Shown: positions 9,853 through 19,593 of the stretch, piece after piece
Layout: each line of letters opens with the position of its first letter
Position numbering within the stretch: position 1 is the first letter of the stretch
Source: a virus
Taxonomy: Duplodnaviria > Heunggongvirae > Uroviricota > Caudoviricetes
Length of the DNA: 32,133 nucleotides
Direction: 5' to 3' (one strand)
IMG/VR virus record: IMGVR_UViG_3300010261_000005
Span: 1 to 32,133 of that record
Notes under the pieces: generated by a model
Database searches by the model: none
Told to the model about the DNA's origin: nothing
Seen by the model: the letters and a program-made list of their open reading frames with translations, nothing else
Position numbers and translations under genes: made by a program

Positions 9853-10272
9853 TCGTGTTTCCGCTTCGCCGGAGCGCCTTTTCGCGCCATGTGATGAGTT
9901 CGGTCAGGCTCATGGGATACAGTTCTGATGGCGGCCAGTGAAATATCACTGCCACATCCGCCATCAGGTCATCGACCGAGAGATTTTTCGGAAACGTCAC
10001 TGCACCGAGTTCGGCGACAAAAAACCGACCACCTTACCGGCCAGCGCCACAAGGTCAGGCAGTTCCAGTGCGGCGACTTCCTGCTCGGTCAGCATCGGTG
10101 CAGTCATGCGCGGCAGCACCTTAATCAGTGCATCGACTTCGGAGTTCGCGACCGCAGCCAGACTGACACCGCGCAGCGTCCCGGCGTTAGGTTTCATCAG
10201 CGTGACCTGTTCGATAACCTGCTCACCACGTTTGACCGGATTGTCCAGGGTAATGACGTTTTCTTTGTTCAT
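9845..10272 (-). CDS. E': Tail assembly chaperone E+E' (programmed -1 frameshift product, about 142 aa)
   Basis: Zero-frame codons GGT TTT TTG (Gly83-Phe84-Leu85) give a T TTT TTG slippery heptamer at 10024..10018 (minus strand). Hand translation of the -1 frame from 10018 reads VAELGAVTFPKNLSVDDLMADVAVIFHWPPSELYPMSLTELITWREKALRRSGNTNE and stops at TAA 9847..9845, overlapping the T start. 85 + 57 = 142 aa, the P2 E+E' length. Confidence 0.75.
9997..10272 (-). CDS. E: Tail assembly chaperone E
   Basis: 91 aa, matches P2 gpE; contains the slippery site near its 3' end. Confidence 0.9.
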   Translation of the reverse strand: MNKENVITLDNPVKRGEQVIEQVTLMKPNAGTLRGVSLAAVANSEVDALIKVLPRMTAPMLTEQEVAALELPDLVALAGKVVGFLSPNSVQ

Positions 10273-10328
10273 GGTTTTCTCACTTCTGAATCGGGGTTAA
10301 CCGGTCAGCCAGGCTGACCGGATGACAA

Positions 10329-10847
10329 TTACAGGCCGATATTGCGGCGGTGTTGCTCCAGCCGGTCGACGCCGTTCACCTTCTCAATCATGTTGATGGT
10401 GTCGATTTCGACCAGCTCCTTACCGTCCATCGTCAGCCGGAAATAGGTGCAGACCACGGAGATTTTCGACTCGGTGTCTTCTCCCTGTTTACCCTCGCCG
10501 GTGTCGATTTCTTTCTGACGTCCACGCATGACCACCTCGACGGCTACCGTTTCGCCGGTATCGTCGCGCTGGTAAGAGCCTGCAAAACGAATCGGCACGG
10601 CATCCACACCGGTTGCGGCGTAAAGCTCCCAGATAACCGAATCCGGGAAGCCCCCGAGCGACCACTCCATTGACAGCGCATCGTCATCAAGGCCGAGGTC
10701 TACCGGTGCGCTGCCGTTCATCCCCGCACCGCGATAGTTTTCGAGCTTACGGGTCAGTTTTGGCAGCGTGACGGACTTTGCAACGCCCTGATAGCTGTAG
10801 CCGTTCAGAAAGACGTTCATTAACTTGAGTTTGCGCGGCATTGCCAT
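10329..10847 (-). CDS. FII: Tail tube protein FII
   Basis: 172 aa, P2 gpFII length and position. Confidence 0.9.
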   Translation of the reverse strand: MAMPRKLKLMNVFLNGYSYQGVAKSVTLPKLTRKLENYRGAGMNGSAPVDLGLDDDALSMEWSLGGFPDSVIWELYAATGVDAVPIRFAGSYQRDDTGETVAVEVVMRGRQKEIDTGEGKQGEDTESKISVVCTYFRLTMDGKELVEIDTINMIEKVNGVDRLEQHRRNIGL

Positions 10848-10859
10848 CGGTCAGGCTCC

Positions 10860-12050
10860 TTAATTGCTGTTAACCGAAGTGACCAGATTTGCCAGGTATT
10901 TATCGGTAATACGCTGGCGTAGGGTCAGGTTTTCAAGAGGAGGCACCGGTGTATAGTCGTAGTCGATATACAGTTTTCCGGCCTTGAGGGTTTCCGCATC
11001 GTTGGATTCTTCGCTGAACCAGCAGGTCGCATCCACGATATAGCCGTTTGTTTTCAGCTCACGGAATTTGGCATTGATGCCGTCAACGATGTCGCGAATC
11101 AGCGTTGCAGTGATGGGCTTGTCCACCGCCCACATGTGCGCCTCAGCCATCGTGTCGGCCAGCACCTGCGCGGTGCGGGTGTAGTTTTCAAAGAGGAACA
11201 GCGGGTCATCAGAGCAGGTACGGTTACCCCAGAAGCGGAAACCGTCACGGCGAATCAGCGTTGTGACACCTGACTCGTTCAACAGGTCAGCATCGGTGCC
11301 GGACTCCTGCAAATCCCAGAATACAGAGGCACTGATGCCGGTAACACCGTTTACCCCGACGTTGGACAGCGTTTTATGCCAGCCCTGCTCCTGGTCGATT
11401 TTTGCACGCAGACCCAGCGCACGGGCGGTGGCATACGCGGTGGCGGTGGTACTGGTGACCGTATCCCATGCGAGGAAATCCGGCCAGATAACCATCAGTT
11501 CACGCTGGCTGAAATTCTGGCGGTAGGCTTTCACCTCAGAAATGGTTTTACAGCCCCATGCGCTGATATACCCGAAAGCGCGCAGCTTCTGACAGACTGA
11601 TGCCAGTGCGACGGCAACCTCTTTGGTGTCCAGTCCCGGCACACCGAGAATGCGCGGCTTAACACCGGTTACCGACTCCGCCGCCAGCAGGGCTTTCAGT
11701 CCGGTGTACTGACCGTTTTCGTCAGTGGTGCCGATGATATTGGAAACGGTCTGCGCGAGTTTCGTTTCCTCGTCGTCGCCGGTGCCGTCTTCCACACGCA
11801 CGACAACGGTGACCGGTTTTGACTGGTCGGCGATGGCCTGCAACGATGCCGCCAGCGTGCCTTTTTTACCGGCCTTTGCAATTGCGCTCTGCACATTGGT
11901 AATCAGCACCGGTTTATTGAGGGGGAAGGTTTCCGCATCCGCATCGCTGGCCGTGCAGACCATGCCGACAATGGCCGTGGATACAGTGGAAATGACGCGG
12001 GTGCCGTCGTTAATCTCCAGCACCTGCACGCCATGATGATAGTCACTCAT
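10860..12050 (-). CDS. FI: Contractile tail sheath protein FI
   Basis: 396 aa, P2 gpFI length and position. Confidence 0.9.
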   Translation of the reverse strand: MSDYHHGVQVLEINDGTRVISTVSTAIVGMVCTASDADAETFPLNKPVLITNVQSAIAKAGKKGTLAASLQAIADQSKPVTVVVRVEDGTGDDEETKLAQTVSNIIGTTDENGQYTGLKALLAAESVTGVKPRILGVPGLDTKEVAVALASVCQKLRAFGYISAWGCKTISEVKAYRQNFSQRELMVIWPDFLAWDTVTSTTATAYATARALGLRAKIDQEQGWHKTLSNVGVNGVTGISASVFWDLQESGTDADLLNESGVTTLIRRDGFRFWGNRTCSDDPLFLFENYTRTAQVLADTMAEAHMWAVDKPITATLIRDIVDGINAKFRELKTNGYIVDATCWFSEESNDAETLKAGKLYIDYDYTPVPPLENLTLRQRITDKYLANLVTSVNSN

Positions 12051-12450
12051 CCGTTTAACTCCGTGGTTAATGGGTGCAACTATTTTCTGTTGGGCAGTGC
12101 ATGAGACGCTATTTGACCTGGCTGGTCAGTGGATGAAACAACAGATAAAGAAAAGGCGGGCAATCAGCTCGCCTGTCCTGATTTGTACACACTCATTTTC
12201 CGACTGACAGTTTACATAGCCCAAACGCTATCAAATCTGACAGCCTGCTTTGAGCGAGTAACTAAATTTGATTTAAATAAATTATAAGGATTCAAATATT
12301 ATTGGCACAAATTCCTGAGATGCAAACAGTCACACTAAGTGTTCAAACAAGGTTCTGGACTACGGCTAACTCATCAGTTAAGTTTGTTTCCGACCTGTCG
12401 TTTCTTCCCTGTCAGGAGTCACTTTTCGTGTTATTTTTTAAGGATGTTTT
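12051..12450. promoter_or_regulatory. Divergent intergenic region: late promoter for FI (minus) and promoter for the Z/fun-locus cargo gene (plus)
   Basis: 400-bp non-coding, increasingly AT-rich gap between divergently oriented genes; AAGGA RBS 7 nt before the 12451 ATG. No individual promoter hexamers could be assigned with confidence. Confidence 0.4.
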
Positions 12451-13230
12451 ATGAGTAATGAAACACAATCATTCCTTAGTCAATTGCTAATATCCATAAT
12501 CTCTATATCTTTAGGGTCATTTCTTTTTGCTGGAATCCTAGAGAGCTACAAAAAAGACCAAGATCTTCAGGAGGAGTTTATAAAGGATTACTTTAGGCCA
12601 ATGATGAAATTACAAAGTTCTTGTTCATCTTCACATAATGAACTATTTCTAAAGTATGGAGAGTTATCTGCTTCTTATCAGCTCATGTATAATGAAATAG
12701 TACATATGGCAATGAGCCCTGATTCAGAATTAGGACAACATTATGAAGTTCTCCCGATGTCTCTTATTAAAACAAATGAAGAGTTAAAAAAAAGAGTTGA
12801 AGATCTTGAAATGACGGTAAAAAAATGCAATATCGATTTATTCCTTAAGTACGAAGAGCTTGCATTAGTTACTGGTTCATATCCAGAGTTTAAGAGACTG
12901 GCGAAAAAACACACTGACACAATTAACTCCATCTATTCAGAAAGACAAAAAAAAGCAAAGGAAAATGCAAAAAATATAGACCCTGATCAACTAATTCCAT
13001 TGATGCGGAAATATATTGCCATGGATCCACACACCAATGTAAACAAATCCATGCTTGCCAGTGAAATAGATAACATATCTAAACTAACAACACAGCATAA
13101 TTTGATAATGGCAGAATATGAGGAGTTAATTTTCAAAGAAGATAATGATTTATTTATAACTCTTCATGATCTTTATGCAATCAAAATTAGTGAAAAGTAT
13201 TCAGGTGGATTTATCAGTTGGATATTTTAA
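12451..13230 (+). CDS. Cargo protein at the P2 Z/fun variable locus: membrane-anchored coiled-coil protein of unknown function (candidate anti-phage/abortive-infection factor)
   Basis: 259-aa ORF in markedly AT-rich DNA between FI and G, in the Z/fun orientation (divergent from FI, convergent with G). Residues about 8..30 (FLSQLLISIISISLGSFLFAGIL) form a predicted TM helix; the remainder is charged and helical (K/E-rich). No P2 backbone equivalent recognised. Confidence 0.75.
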   Translation: MSNETQSFLSQLLISIISISLGSFLFAGILESYKKDQDLQEEFIKDYFRPMMKLQSSCSSSHNELFLKYGELSASYQLMYNEIVHMAMSPDSELGQHYEVLPMSLIKTNEELKKRVEDLEMTVKKCNIDLFLKYEELALVTGSYPEFKRLAKKHTDTINSIYSERQKKAKENAKNIDPDQLIPLMRKYIAMDPHTNVNKSMLASEIDNISKLTTQHNLIMAEYEELIFKEDNDLFITLHDLYAIKISEKYSGGFISWIF

Positions 13231-13308
13231 AACATGATAACTCATCAGATACAATGCTAACTATGTAGAACGCGTAAATCTGTGAAGGTTACCAATGTGT
13301 TAGGTAAT

Positions 13309-13332
13309 GTCCGCTCCTTGCACAGAGCGGAC
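13309..13332. terminator. Inverted repeat between convergent cargo gene and G (possible bidirectional terminator)
   Basis: GTCCGCTC-cttgcaca-GAGCGGAC, 8-bp perfect stem; no strong U-tract on either side. Confidence 0.35.
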
Positions 13333-13381
13333 TGTCAGATTAGGCTTTACTCTGTGCTATAGATATGTCAGCTCATACAAC

Positions 13382-13909
13382 TTATTGCGGCATTTCCGGC
13401 CATTCAGGATTTGCAGGATCCACACGGCTGACCAGAACACTGTAGCGTTCCCATGCTTCCAGTCGGCTACGCTCCTCATCTGTTGCCATGTTCAGCCTGA
13501 CAGCGCGCTCCAGTGGCTGAATAACGCTTTCCGCTTCGGAAAGTAACGCGGCCTTTTGTGATTCTGCCTGTTGTTGCTGTTCGTCTGCCGTATAAATCCG
13601 CTTAATCACGGCACCATCCTTAAACATCCATTTACCTGAGTCATCAGCACGTCGGTTGGCGGTAATATCAGGAACCTCGACAACGCTAAAACCTTCAGGG
13701 TTGAGCGTTGAAGCATCTCTGGTGATGCCGACAATTATATTATTCTCATCGTAAACAATCTTTATCGTGTCTTCCTGAAAATTACTTACTTCCTCATACC
13801 AGTTTTTTCCCTCTTCGGACCATAACCAGATAACATCAAAATTTTTTGTCAGTTGATATTGGGCAACAGTTTTTGGATTACCCGCAGTAATATTTTTTAA
13901 ATGCTGCAT
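13382..13909 (-). CDS. G: Tail fiber assembly protein G
   Basis: 175 aa, matches P2 gpG (MQHLKNI...[11 protein letters not shown]). Confidence 0.85.
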   Translation of the reverse strand: MQHLKNITAGNPKTVAQYQLTKNFDVIWLWSEEGKNWYEEVSNFQEDTIKIVYDENNIIVGITRDASTLNPEGFSVVEVPDITANRRADDSGKWMFKDGAVIKRIYTADEQQQQAESQKAALLSEAESVIQPLERAVRLNMATDEERSRLEAWERYSVLVSRVDPANPEWPEMPQ

Positions 13910-13912
13910 AAA

Positions 13913-16648
13913 TTACACCTGTGCGACGTTATACCATGTGCCATTGATGTATTTTTGTATTGGTCTGAATACTGCGGGGTCATCACCATCGACTTCACCG
14001 ACAATACCAAGCCCGGTAATTACGTGCCCTGCTTTCTCATACATCACCCCTTTCTGCATGGTCTGGACAACACGTGTGCCAAGTCTGACATCTCTCACAT
14101 AGCGGGAATCAAAGTTACCGTAATCCGAGGGATTAACACGCCCCGTAATATTTATGGTTTTATTACTTTGAACGCTTCCGGAGACAAAGCGCATAACATG
14201 GACGCTATTAGCATAAACATCCAGATTACCATCACCATTTTGTTTAAAGCCCGTGTCATTATCACCCAAAACAATCGAATTACCGCCAAGAGCACTGGAT
14301 GTTCCTATACCCAGAGCACCATTCAATTGACCACCAGATAACGGCAGTGCACCGACATCTCCCGCTGTAGGTTTTCGCGTTGTGGTATAAAACTCAGACC
14401 AGTCAGCCTCGAATCCGTAACCGTCACGAGCAGAACGATAAAAAATACCACCGTTCTTATAATTAACGCGAAACTGGGCGGCGGGACAACTTCCTTCACC
14501 GATATTAAAATGAAGAATTAACGTTGATGCCCCACCAATAGTTGCGTTATAGGCTCCGCTACTCCAGTTCCATCCAACGGCTTTATCATTCGCAACAGTG
14601 TCTCCTGTTTTTCCTGAAGCAAATGCACCAATATTTTTCGGCGTCAGGTTAATATCTGATGTTCCATCAAACGAAACGTTATTAATTTTACGGGCTGTTT
14701 TCAGCTTTGTTGCTGTCGCCGCATTGCCGGACAGTTCACCAGAAAGGCCAGCACTGAATGTCTGTTTCGCGCCCCATGTCTGGGCTTCGTCAATGATTGG
14801 TACTCGTCTTGTTGTGATCGTGCGGCTTCCCGGATTTCCTGAAATGCGCACCATAAAAAAGCGGTAGTTGGCTTTACTTACAGTGCTGCGCCATACATGC
14901 ATTGAGCGCCCCGTACCGGAATCATCACTCGGACCAACTGCGATGTTTATCAGGTTGCCATCAATGACGCCCCAGTCCATACCGTCGGGAATGTTGGTCA
15001 TGTTATCAAGCCGAACGGTTATCAGACTGCCCGGCACAAAGTCGTGGGTCTGCCAGTCCAGGCTGGTGAGCTTTGCCACTGCACCGCCGATACCCAGATT
15101 CAGGGGAAGTGAATACGAGGTGTAGACTTCCCGCCATTCGCTCCACGAGCTGCCGGTATAGACGCGCTCAAACGTGCGACCTTTAAGGGTTGCACCTGTT
15201 CCGGCAGTTGTATAACGCTGCCATACGTTAACACCATCAAAGCGCCTCAACACTTCCAGAATACCGAGGACTGTCACGCCGTTTCCGTCCAGTACTGGAC
15301 CGTTGGTCGCTTTACCTGTAACGCTGTAAATACCTGGTGAAGTCACATCATTCAAATCCCCGTCGTAATAACGACTCTCTGACTGATGACCGACTCTTAA
15401 CCACGGTTCCCACTGCGGATTTGATGCATCCCAGCTTGCCGCAAGGCAGCGGACATACATATTTCCACGGCGAGTGGTATAACGTTGCGTTCTTCCATAA
15501 TTCCCGCCTTCGAGGATCTCAAGCGTCCCCTGAGCAAAGCCGCCTTCCTCTGGATAATTGCGTTCATATGAAGCTATAGCCGAGCTACTGTTACGCCATA
15601 AACCAAGATGTTCGGCGGCTCCAAGCGTATTCAGGTCTATAGTCGTACTCAAAGGGCGGGTAGCTGATTGAGTGTGACGCCATACGCCCCATGGACCATC
15701 AGTACCATTCCACTTATTGGCGAGTTTACGCATGTATACATTGCCGTCTCTCGTGATAAAGCGTTGCGTGCCTGCAAAATTGCCGGCAGCAAAAACCTCA
15801 AGCACACCGACAGCATTATCTTCCGGGAAATTTTTCTCCAGTGTTGCGTTAGTTGAGGTAGCTTTAGACCAGATCCCCAGATAAGCCTTAACTGGACCAA
15901 ATGTATTCAGATCAGCATCAACCGGCATTTCGCCGTTGTTTTTCATAAACGTCAGGCTGGTAACGCCAACATTGTCCAGAAAAGCTGATTTATCCTGGAT
16001 ATCTGCACCGTTCTGATTTTTCGCCAGACGTGAATTTGCGTTGTCATTCGCAGCCTTGACCGCTTTTGGCGTTGCCGCCAGTTTTTCACTGGTGCTGTTT
16101 GTTGCGCTGCTTAACTGGGTAAAACCTTTTTCTGTCAGCGTAGCGTCAGGATGGCGGCGGGACTGCTCATGTTCTGCGATTTTGTCATCGACGTAATCCT
16201 GCGTCGCCATCACTGTGCTGGCATCAATACTCAGCTCAACGGACGCCACGTTACTGACAATAATAACCATGCGGCAGGTCTGCGCACGCCCGGAGCCTTC
16301 AGCGAGTTCAGGCTTATAGCTTTCTGCCATGTTGGCGACCGCAATCAGTGTTCCGGCATCGTCATACAGACCAAGCTCACGCATCCAGAAGCCGCCCACT
16401 TCGGGCGGTACAACCAGTTCAGCCACGATATAGTTTTTATTCTTGTTATCCACGCTGACTTTATTCAGAGCGTGACGCCAGACCTCATGCACCAGTTTCG
16501 TCTGACCGGCATCCGGCACCGGCAATTTGCCATTACCGTCACCCACGGCCATTGCAGACAGGGTTACTTTTTTCCCGCCGGGGACAGTGGCGGCTGCCAG
16601 CTTTGCGGCTCCGGCAGTAGTGATAACGGTTTTAAATTTCGTGCTCAT
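13913..16648 (-). CDS. H: Tail fiber protein H (extended variant, 911 aa)
   Basis: N-terminus MSTKFKTVITTAGAAKLAAATVPGGKK... is P2 gpH-like. The protein is much longer than P2 gpH (669 aa) and carries internal repeat modules (GTQRFITRDGNVYMR / GRTQRYTTRRGNMYVR / NVWQRYTTAGTGATLKGRTFERVY). Confidence 0.9.
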   Translation of the reverse strand: MSTKFKTVITTAGAAKLAAATVPGGKKVTLSAMAVGDGNGKLPVPDAGQTKLVHEVWRHALNKVSVDNKNKNYIVAELVVPPEVGGFWMRELGLYDDAGTLIAVANMAESYKPELAEGSGRAQTCRMVIIVSNVASVELSIDASTVMATQDYVDDKIAEHEQSRRHPDATLTEKGFTQLSSATNSTSEKLAATPKAVKAANDNANSRLAKNQNGADIQDKSAFLDNVGVTSLTFMKNNGEMPVDADLNTFGPVKAYLGIWSKATSTNATLEKNFPEDNAVGVLEVFAAGNFAGTQRFITRDGNVYMRKLANKWNGTDGPWGVWRHTQSATRPLSTTIDLNTLGAAEHLGLWRNSSSAIASYERNYPEEGGFAQGTLEILEGGNYGRTQRYTTRRGNMYVRCLAASWDASNPQWEPWLRVGHQSESRYYDGDLNDVTSPGIYSVTGKATNGPVLDGNGVTVLGILEVLRRFDGVNVWQRYTTAGTGATLKGRTFERVYTGSSWSEWREVYTSYSLPLNLGIGGAVAKLTSLDWQTHDFVPGSLITVRLDNMTNIPDGMDWGVIDGNLINIAVGPSDDSGTGRSMHVWRSTVSKANYRFFMVRISGNPGSRTITTRRVPIIDEAQTWGAKQTFSAGLSGELSGNAATATKLKTARKINNVSFDGTSDINLTPKNIGAFASGKTGDTVANDKAVGWNWSSGAYNATIGGASTLILHFNIGEGSCPAAQFRVNYKNGGIFYRSARDGYGFEADWSEFYTTTRKPTAGDVGALPLSGGQLNGALGIGTSSALGGNSIVLGDNDTGFKQNGDGNLDVYANSVHVMRFVSGSVQSNKTINITGRVNPSDYGNFDSRYVRDVRLGTRVVQTMQKGVMYEKAGHVITGLGIVGEVDGDDPAVFRPIQKYINGTWYNVAQV

Positions 16649-16658
16649 TGTTTCTCAC

Positions 16659-17189
16659 TTATCCGGGATAAACAGTAATAACATCACCATCACAGACCAC
16701 ACCGCCTGTATACAGACAGCCGGGAATGTCCTGGATAATGTTCAGACCGATAAGGTGGCGACTTGCGGGTTTGGCATCGGCAATAAGCCGTTCCATTTCC
16801 AGATACATCTCCTCCGTGATGCCGCTTTCCAGCACACCGATATCAAGGCGAAAGGTTCCGGGCGGGTCGTTTGTCTCCCACCATTCCTTTACGTTAATGA
16901 GATAGCCGAGCGGCTCCACCACACGCCGGATTGCGCCTATAGTGCCCTTATGGCAGTGAATGAAATACGCATCGCGGATAACGGCGCGTTTTGTTGCTTC
17001 CGGCCACTTTTCATCCCACCTGTCGACCGAAAACGCCCACGCCAGCCACGGCAGCAGATTTGCCGGGCAGGTGTCCGGGTTCCACAGCTCACGAATACTG
17101 ACCGGCGTTTTTTCAATTTCCGCACAGGCTTTTGCGGCGGCAACTTCAAGCGGTGAAGAGCCAGTCGGCAGCAGTCGCGAATCACTCAT
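16659..17189 (-). CDS. I: Baseplate assembly protein I
   Basis: 176 aa, P2 gpI length and position. Confidence 0.9.
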   Translation of the reverse strand: MSDSRLLPTGSSPLEVAAAKACAEIEKTPVSIRELWNPDTCPANLLPWLAWAFSVDRWDEKWPEATKRAVIRDAYFIHCHKGTIGAIRRVVEPLGYLINVKEWWETNDPPGTFRLDIGVLESGITEEMYLEMERLIADAKPASRHLIGLNIIQDIPGCLYTGGVVCDGDVITVYPG

Positions 17190-18090
17190 CCGAGCCTCCG
17201 GTCACGACGCTGTATTCGGTGCAGAAAGACGCCTGCGTACTGTTGAGCACAATGTCGGCCAGTGGTGCGGCCAGCTCGACACGCTGCACGCCTTCCACAT
17301 GCAAAGCGGCATAAATGGCAGACAGACGGATGTCACGCCCCAGCCGGTGCTGTGCCGTGATGTACGCTTCCAGTTTTTTCACGGCAGCAGCGCGAATGGG
17401 TTCGCTTTCGGGACCAGGGTAAAGGTAAAGCGTGGCGTTTATCTGGTATTCAACAATGGCGGCAGACTGCACGGTCACGCGGTCGGCCACCGGCCTGACG
17501 TCCTCGCCATTAAGGGCGTTACGCACCACGGCCAGCAGGTCTTCGGATGCGACGCCGTTATTTTCACGTGACAGCACAGAGATAGTGACGCAGGCCGGAG
17601 ACGGACTGGTGACAGAGATATCCGCGACACGCCCGTCGGCACTGCGGCCATGATACTGATAGGCACCCACCGACCCGGCGACGCTTAAACCTTCAAACGC
17701 CTGCTGAATACGCAGCCGATAATCGGTGTCAGACTCCATCACTGCCGGTGTCGGCGGGATGGTCGAATCATCTGCCGGGGTGACAATCAGACGTGTGGTG
17801 TTGTAATTGGCACCAATCACATCAAGGTCATTACCGGCAGCACAGGCCAGCATCACCGCCCGTGCTGCCTCATTCACACGCTGACGCCAGATAAGCTCAC
17901 GATAAGCATTTTCCTCCAGCAGTTTGACGATAGGCTCAGATTCCAGCGTCAGGGTACGGGAAACCGCCTCCTGCTGGTCTTCCGGGTAAAGAGAAATCAG
18001 TGTCGCCTTGCGTTCGGCAAGAATGGTTTCAAAGTCCAGCTCCTCGACCACATCCGGTGCGGGTAGCTGGTTCAGGTCGATAATCGGCAT
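17182..18090 (-). CDS. J: Baseplate protein J
   Basis: 302 aa, P2 gpJ length and position; 8-nt overlap with I. Confidence 0.9.
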   Translation of the reverse strand: MPIIDLNQLPAPDVVEELDFETILAERKATLISLYPEDQQEAVSRTLTLESEPIVKLLEENAYRELIWRQRVNEAARAVMLACAAGNDLDVIGANYNTTRLIVTPADDSTIPPTPAVMESDTDYRLRIQQAFEGLSVAGSVGAYQYHGRSADGRVADISVTSPSPACVTISVLSRENNGVASEDLLAVVRNALNGEDVRPVADRVTVQSAAIVEYQINATLYLYPGPESEPIRAAAVKKLEAYITAQHRLGRDIRLSAIYAALHVEGVQRVELAAPLADIVLNSTQASFCTEYSVVTGGSDE

Positions 18091-18094
18091 GGTT

Positions 18095-18442
18095 TCAACT
18101 CACAGGGATGGTTAACGAAAGTGGCTGGCCGGTGTCGTTGTGCTGGCCGGTTAACGTGACCGTCATTCGCCCGTCAAAACTGCGCTCAGTGGTGACGGAT
18201 GACAGGGTGACGCGGGGTTCCCATTTCAGCACCGCCATGTAACAGGCGACCTTAATCTGCAACTCAAGCGCCGGGGTCTGCGGCTGGTCAATCATTGATG
18301 CCAGCAACGAGCCGTAATCACGACGCATCACCCGTGAGCCGACCGGTGTGCGCAGGATATCGCCGATACTCTGGCTGATATGCTCAAGGTCAGTGACAGT
18401 CAGGCCATCACTGCGATTCATTCCGAGATAACGCGCTGTCAT
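18095..18442 (-). CDS. W: Baseplate protein W
   Basis: 115 aa, P2 gpW length and position. Confidence 0.9.
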   Translation of the reverse strand: MTARYLGMNRSDGLTVTDLEHISQSIGDILRTPVGSRVMRRDYGSLLASMIDQPQTPALELQIKVACYMAVLKWEPRVTLSSVTTERSFDGRMTVTLTGQHNDTGQPLSLTIPVS

Positions 18443-19074
18443 AGAGGACTCCCGGTTGTGCCGCCGCTGTCGCCGGGGTGTTTATGGGTATGCAGTACCT
18501 TCCCGTTTGATGAGAGTTCACCACCGGTATGTTCAATGTTGCCGCGCATCGTCCCGCCCTTCTGCACTTCCAGCGTGCCGGTAATCAGCCTGTTGGTGCA
18601 GACCACCTCCGGTGTGTCCAGGGTGACGCGGGTTGATGCTTTCACCATGACCACCGGCACCGTGGCAGTAACAGAATCAGAAGCCGTCACGCTGGCCGTT
18701 TTAATTCCGCTTACCGTCAGAGCACTGGTTTCGGGTTCATACTCAATCACCGCCCCGTCAGGGAAACGGATATGCAGGGCATCCGCCGACGCAGACGGCG
18801 GAGGGTTATCGCCGGAATAAATCCCCGGCAGAACGAACGCCGTGTCGAGTTCACCGCCCACGGCCAGAATCAGCACCTGCTCCCCCACGGAAGGTGCCCA
18901 CCATGTGCGCGAACGTCCTGCGCGATGGGTCAGCCACTGAAGCCAGTCGGTGCACATGCCGCCGGTCTGCACGCGGCAGCGACCGGCGTTAAGGTCGGTT
19001 TCGACGATAATGCCGGTGCGAATCATGTTGCGCAGTGCGCGCGCGAGTTCCTGAATATTTGCGAGAGTGTTCAT
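18439..19074 (-). CDS. V: Baseplate spike protein V
   Basis: 211 aa, P2 gpV length and position; overlaps W start by 4 nt. Confidence 0.9.
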   Translation of the reverse strand: MNTLANIQELARALRNMIRTGIIVETDLNAGRCRVQTGGMCTDWLQWLTHRAGRSRTWWAPSVGEQVLILAVGGELDTAFVLPGIYSGDNPPPSASADALHIRFPDGAVIEYEPETSALTVSGIKTASVTASDSVTATVPVVMVKASTRVTLDTPEVVCTNRLITGTLEVQKGGTMRGNIEHTGGELSSNGKVLHTHKHPGDSGGTTGSPL

Positions 19075-19140
19075 AACGGGAAGGATGCCGCCGGGTCATA
19101 CCGGCGGCAATGTGACGATGAGGTGTCAGGAATGGCACAA

Positions 19141-19593
19141 CTAACGGTCGAGGTGAGCCAGAATAATCTCTTCAATCATCTGCACATCCTCACCGGTAAA
19201 GCCGAGCAGAGGACGCGCCGGATAATCAATTTTCTTACCGTCTTTCCGGGTTTCTTCCGACAGACCGAACTGATGCACACTGGCGATTTTCGGCGACTTC
19301 CCGCCGTAAAATTCCATTGATGCCTGTTCCGGGCTGGCGCGGATATGCAAAAAACGACTGGTGATAAGTTTCGCAAACATTTTTCGCTTAACACGACCGG
19401 TCTTTTTTCTGGCGCTCTGCTGCTGGCGTGGCGCATAGGGTGTGCCGTCCGGGGCTTTCTGTGCCATCACCCGACGCTGCTGGTTCTGCCGCAGACGCTT
19501 CGCCAGTTCGGCGCTCAGTCGCCGACGCCCTGACGGTGACAGCGATTCAGTCAGTCCGGTCAGCCGGTCTTCAAAACGCTTAAACTCATTCAT
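19141..19593 (-). CDS. S: Tail completion protein S
   Basis: 150 aa, P2 gpS length and position. Confidence 0.9.
   Translation of the reverse strand: MNEFKRFEDRLTGLTESLSPSGRRRLSAELAKRLRQNQQRRVMAQKAPDGTPYAPRQQQSARKKTGRVKRKMFAKLITSRFLHIRASPEQASMEFYGGKSPKIASVHQFGLSEETRKDGKKIDYPARPLLGFTGEDVQMIEEIILAHLDR

Noticed and set aside
16151-17571. Plus-strand ORFs (175, 209 and 203 aa) across the H/I/J region
   Set aside because: Antisense to the baseplate/tail-fiber genes whose P2 identity is clear; arginine/cysteine-rich artefactual translations.
19075-19140. Ogr-dependent late promoter P_V with TGT-N12-ACA dyad between S and V
   Set aside because: Position is as expected, but only an imperfect dyad (TGAC-N8-GTCA around 19112..19127) is visible; not enough to annotate a site.
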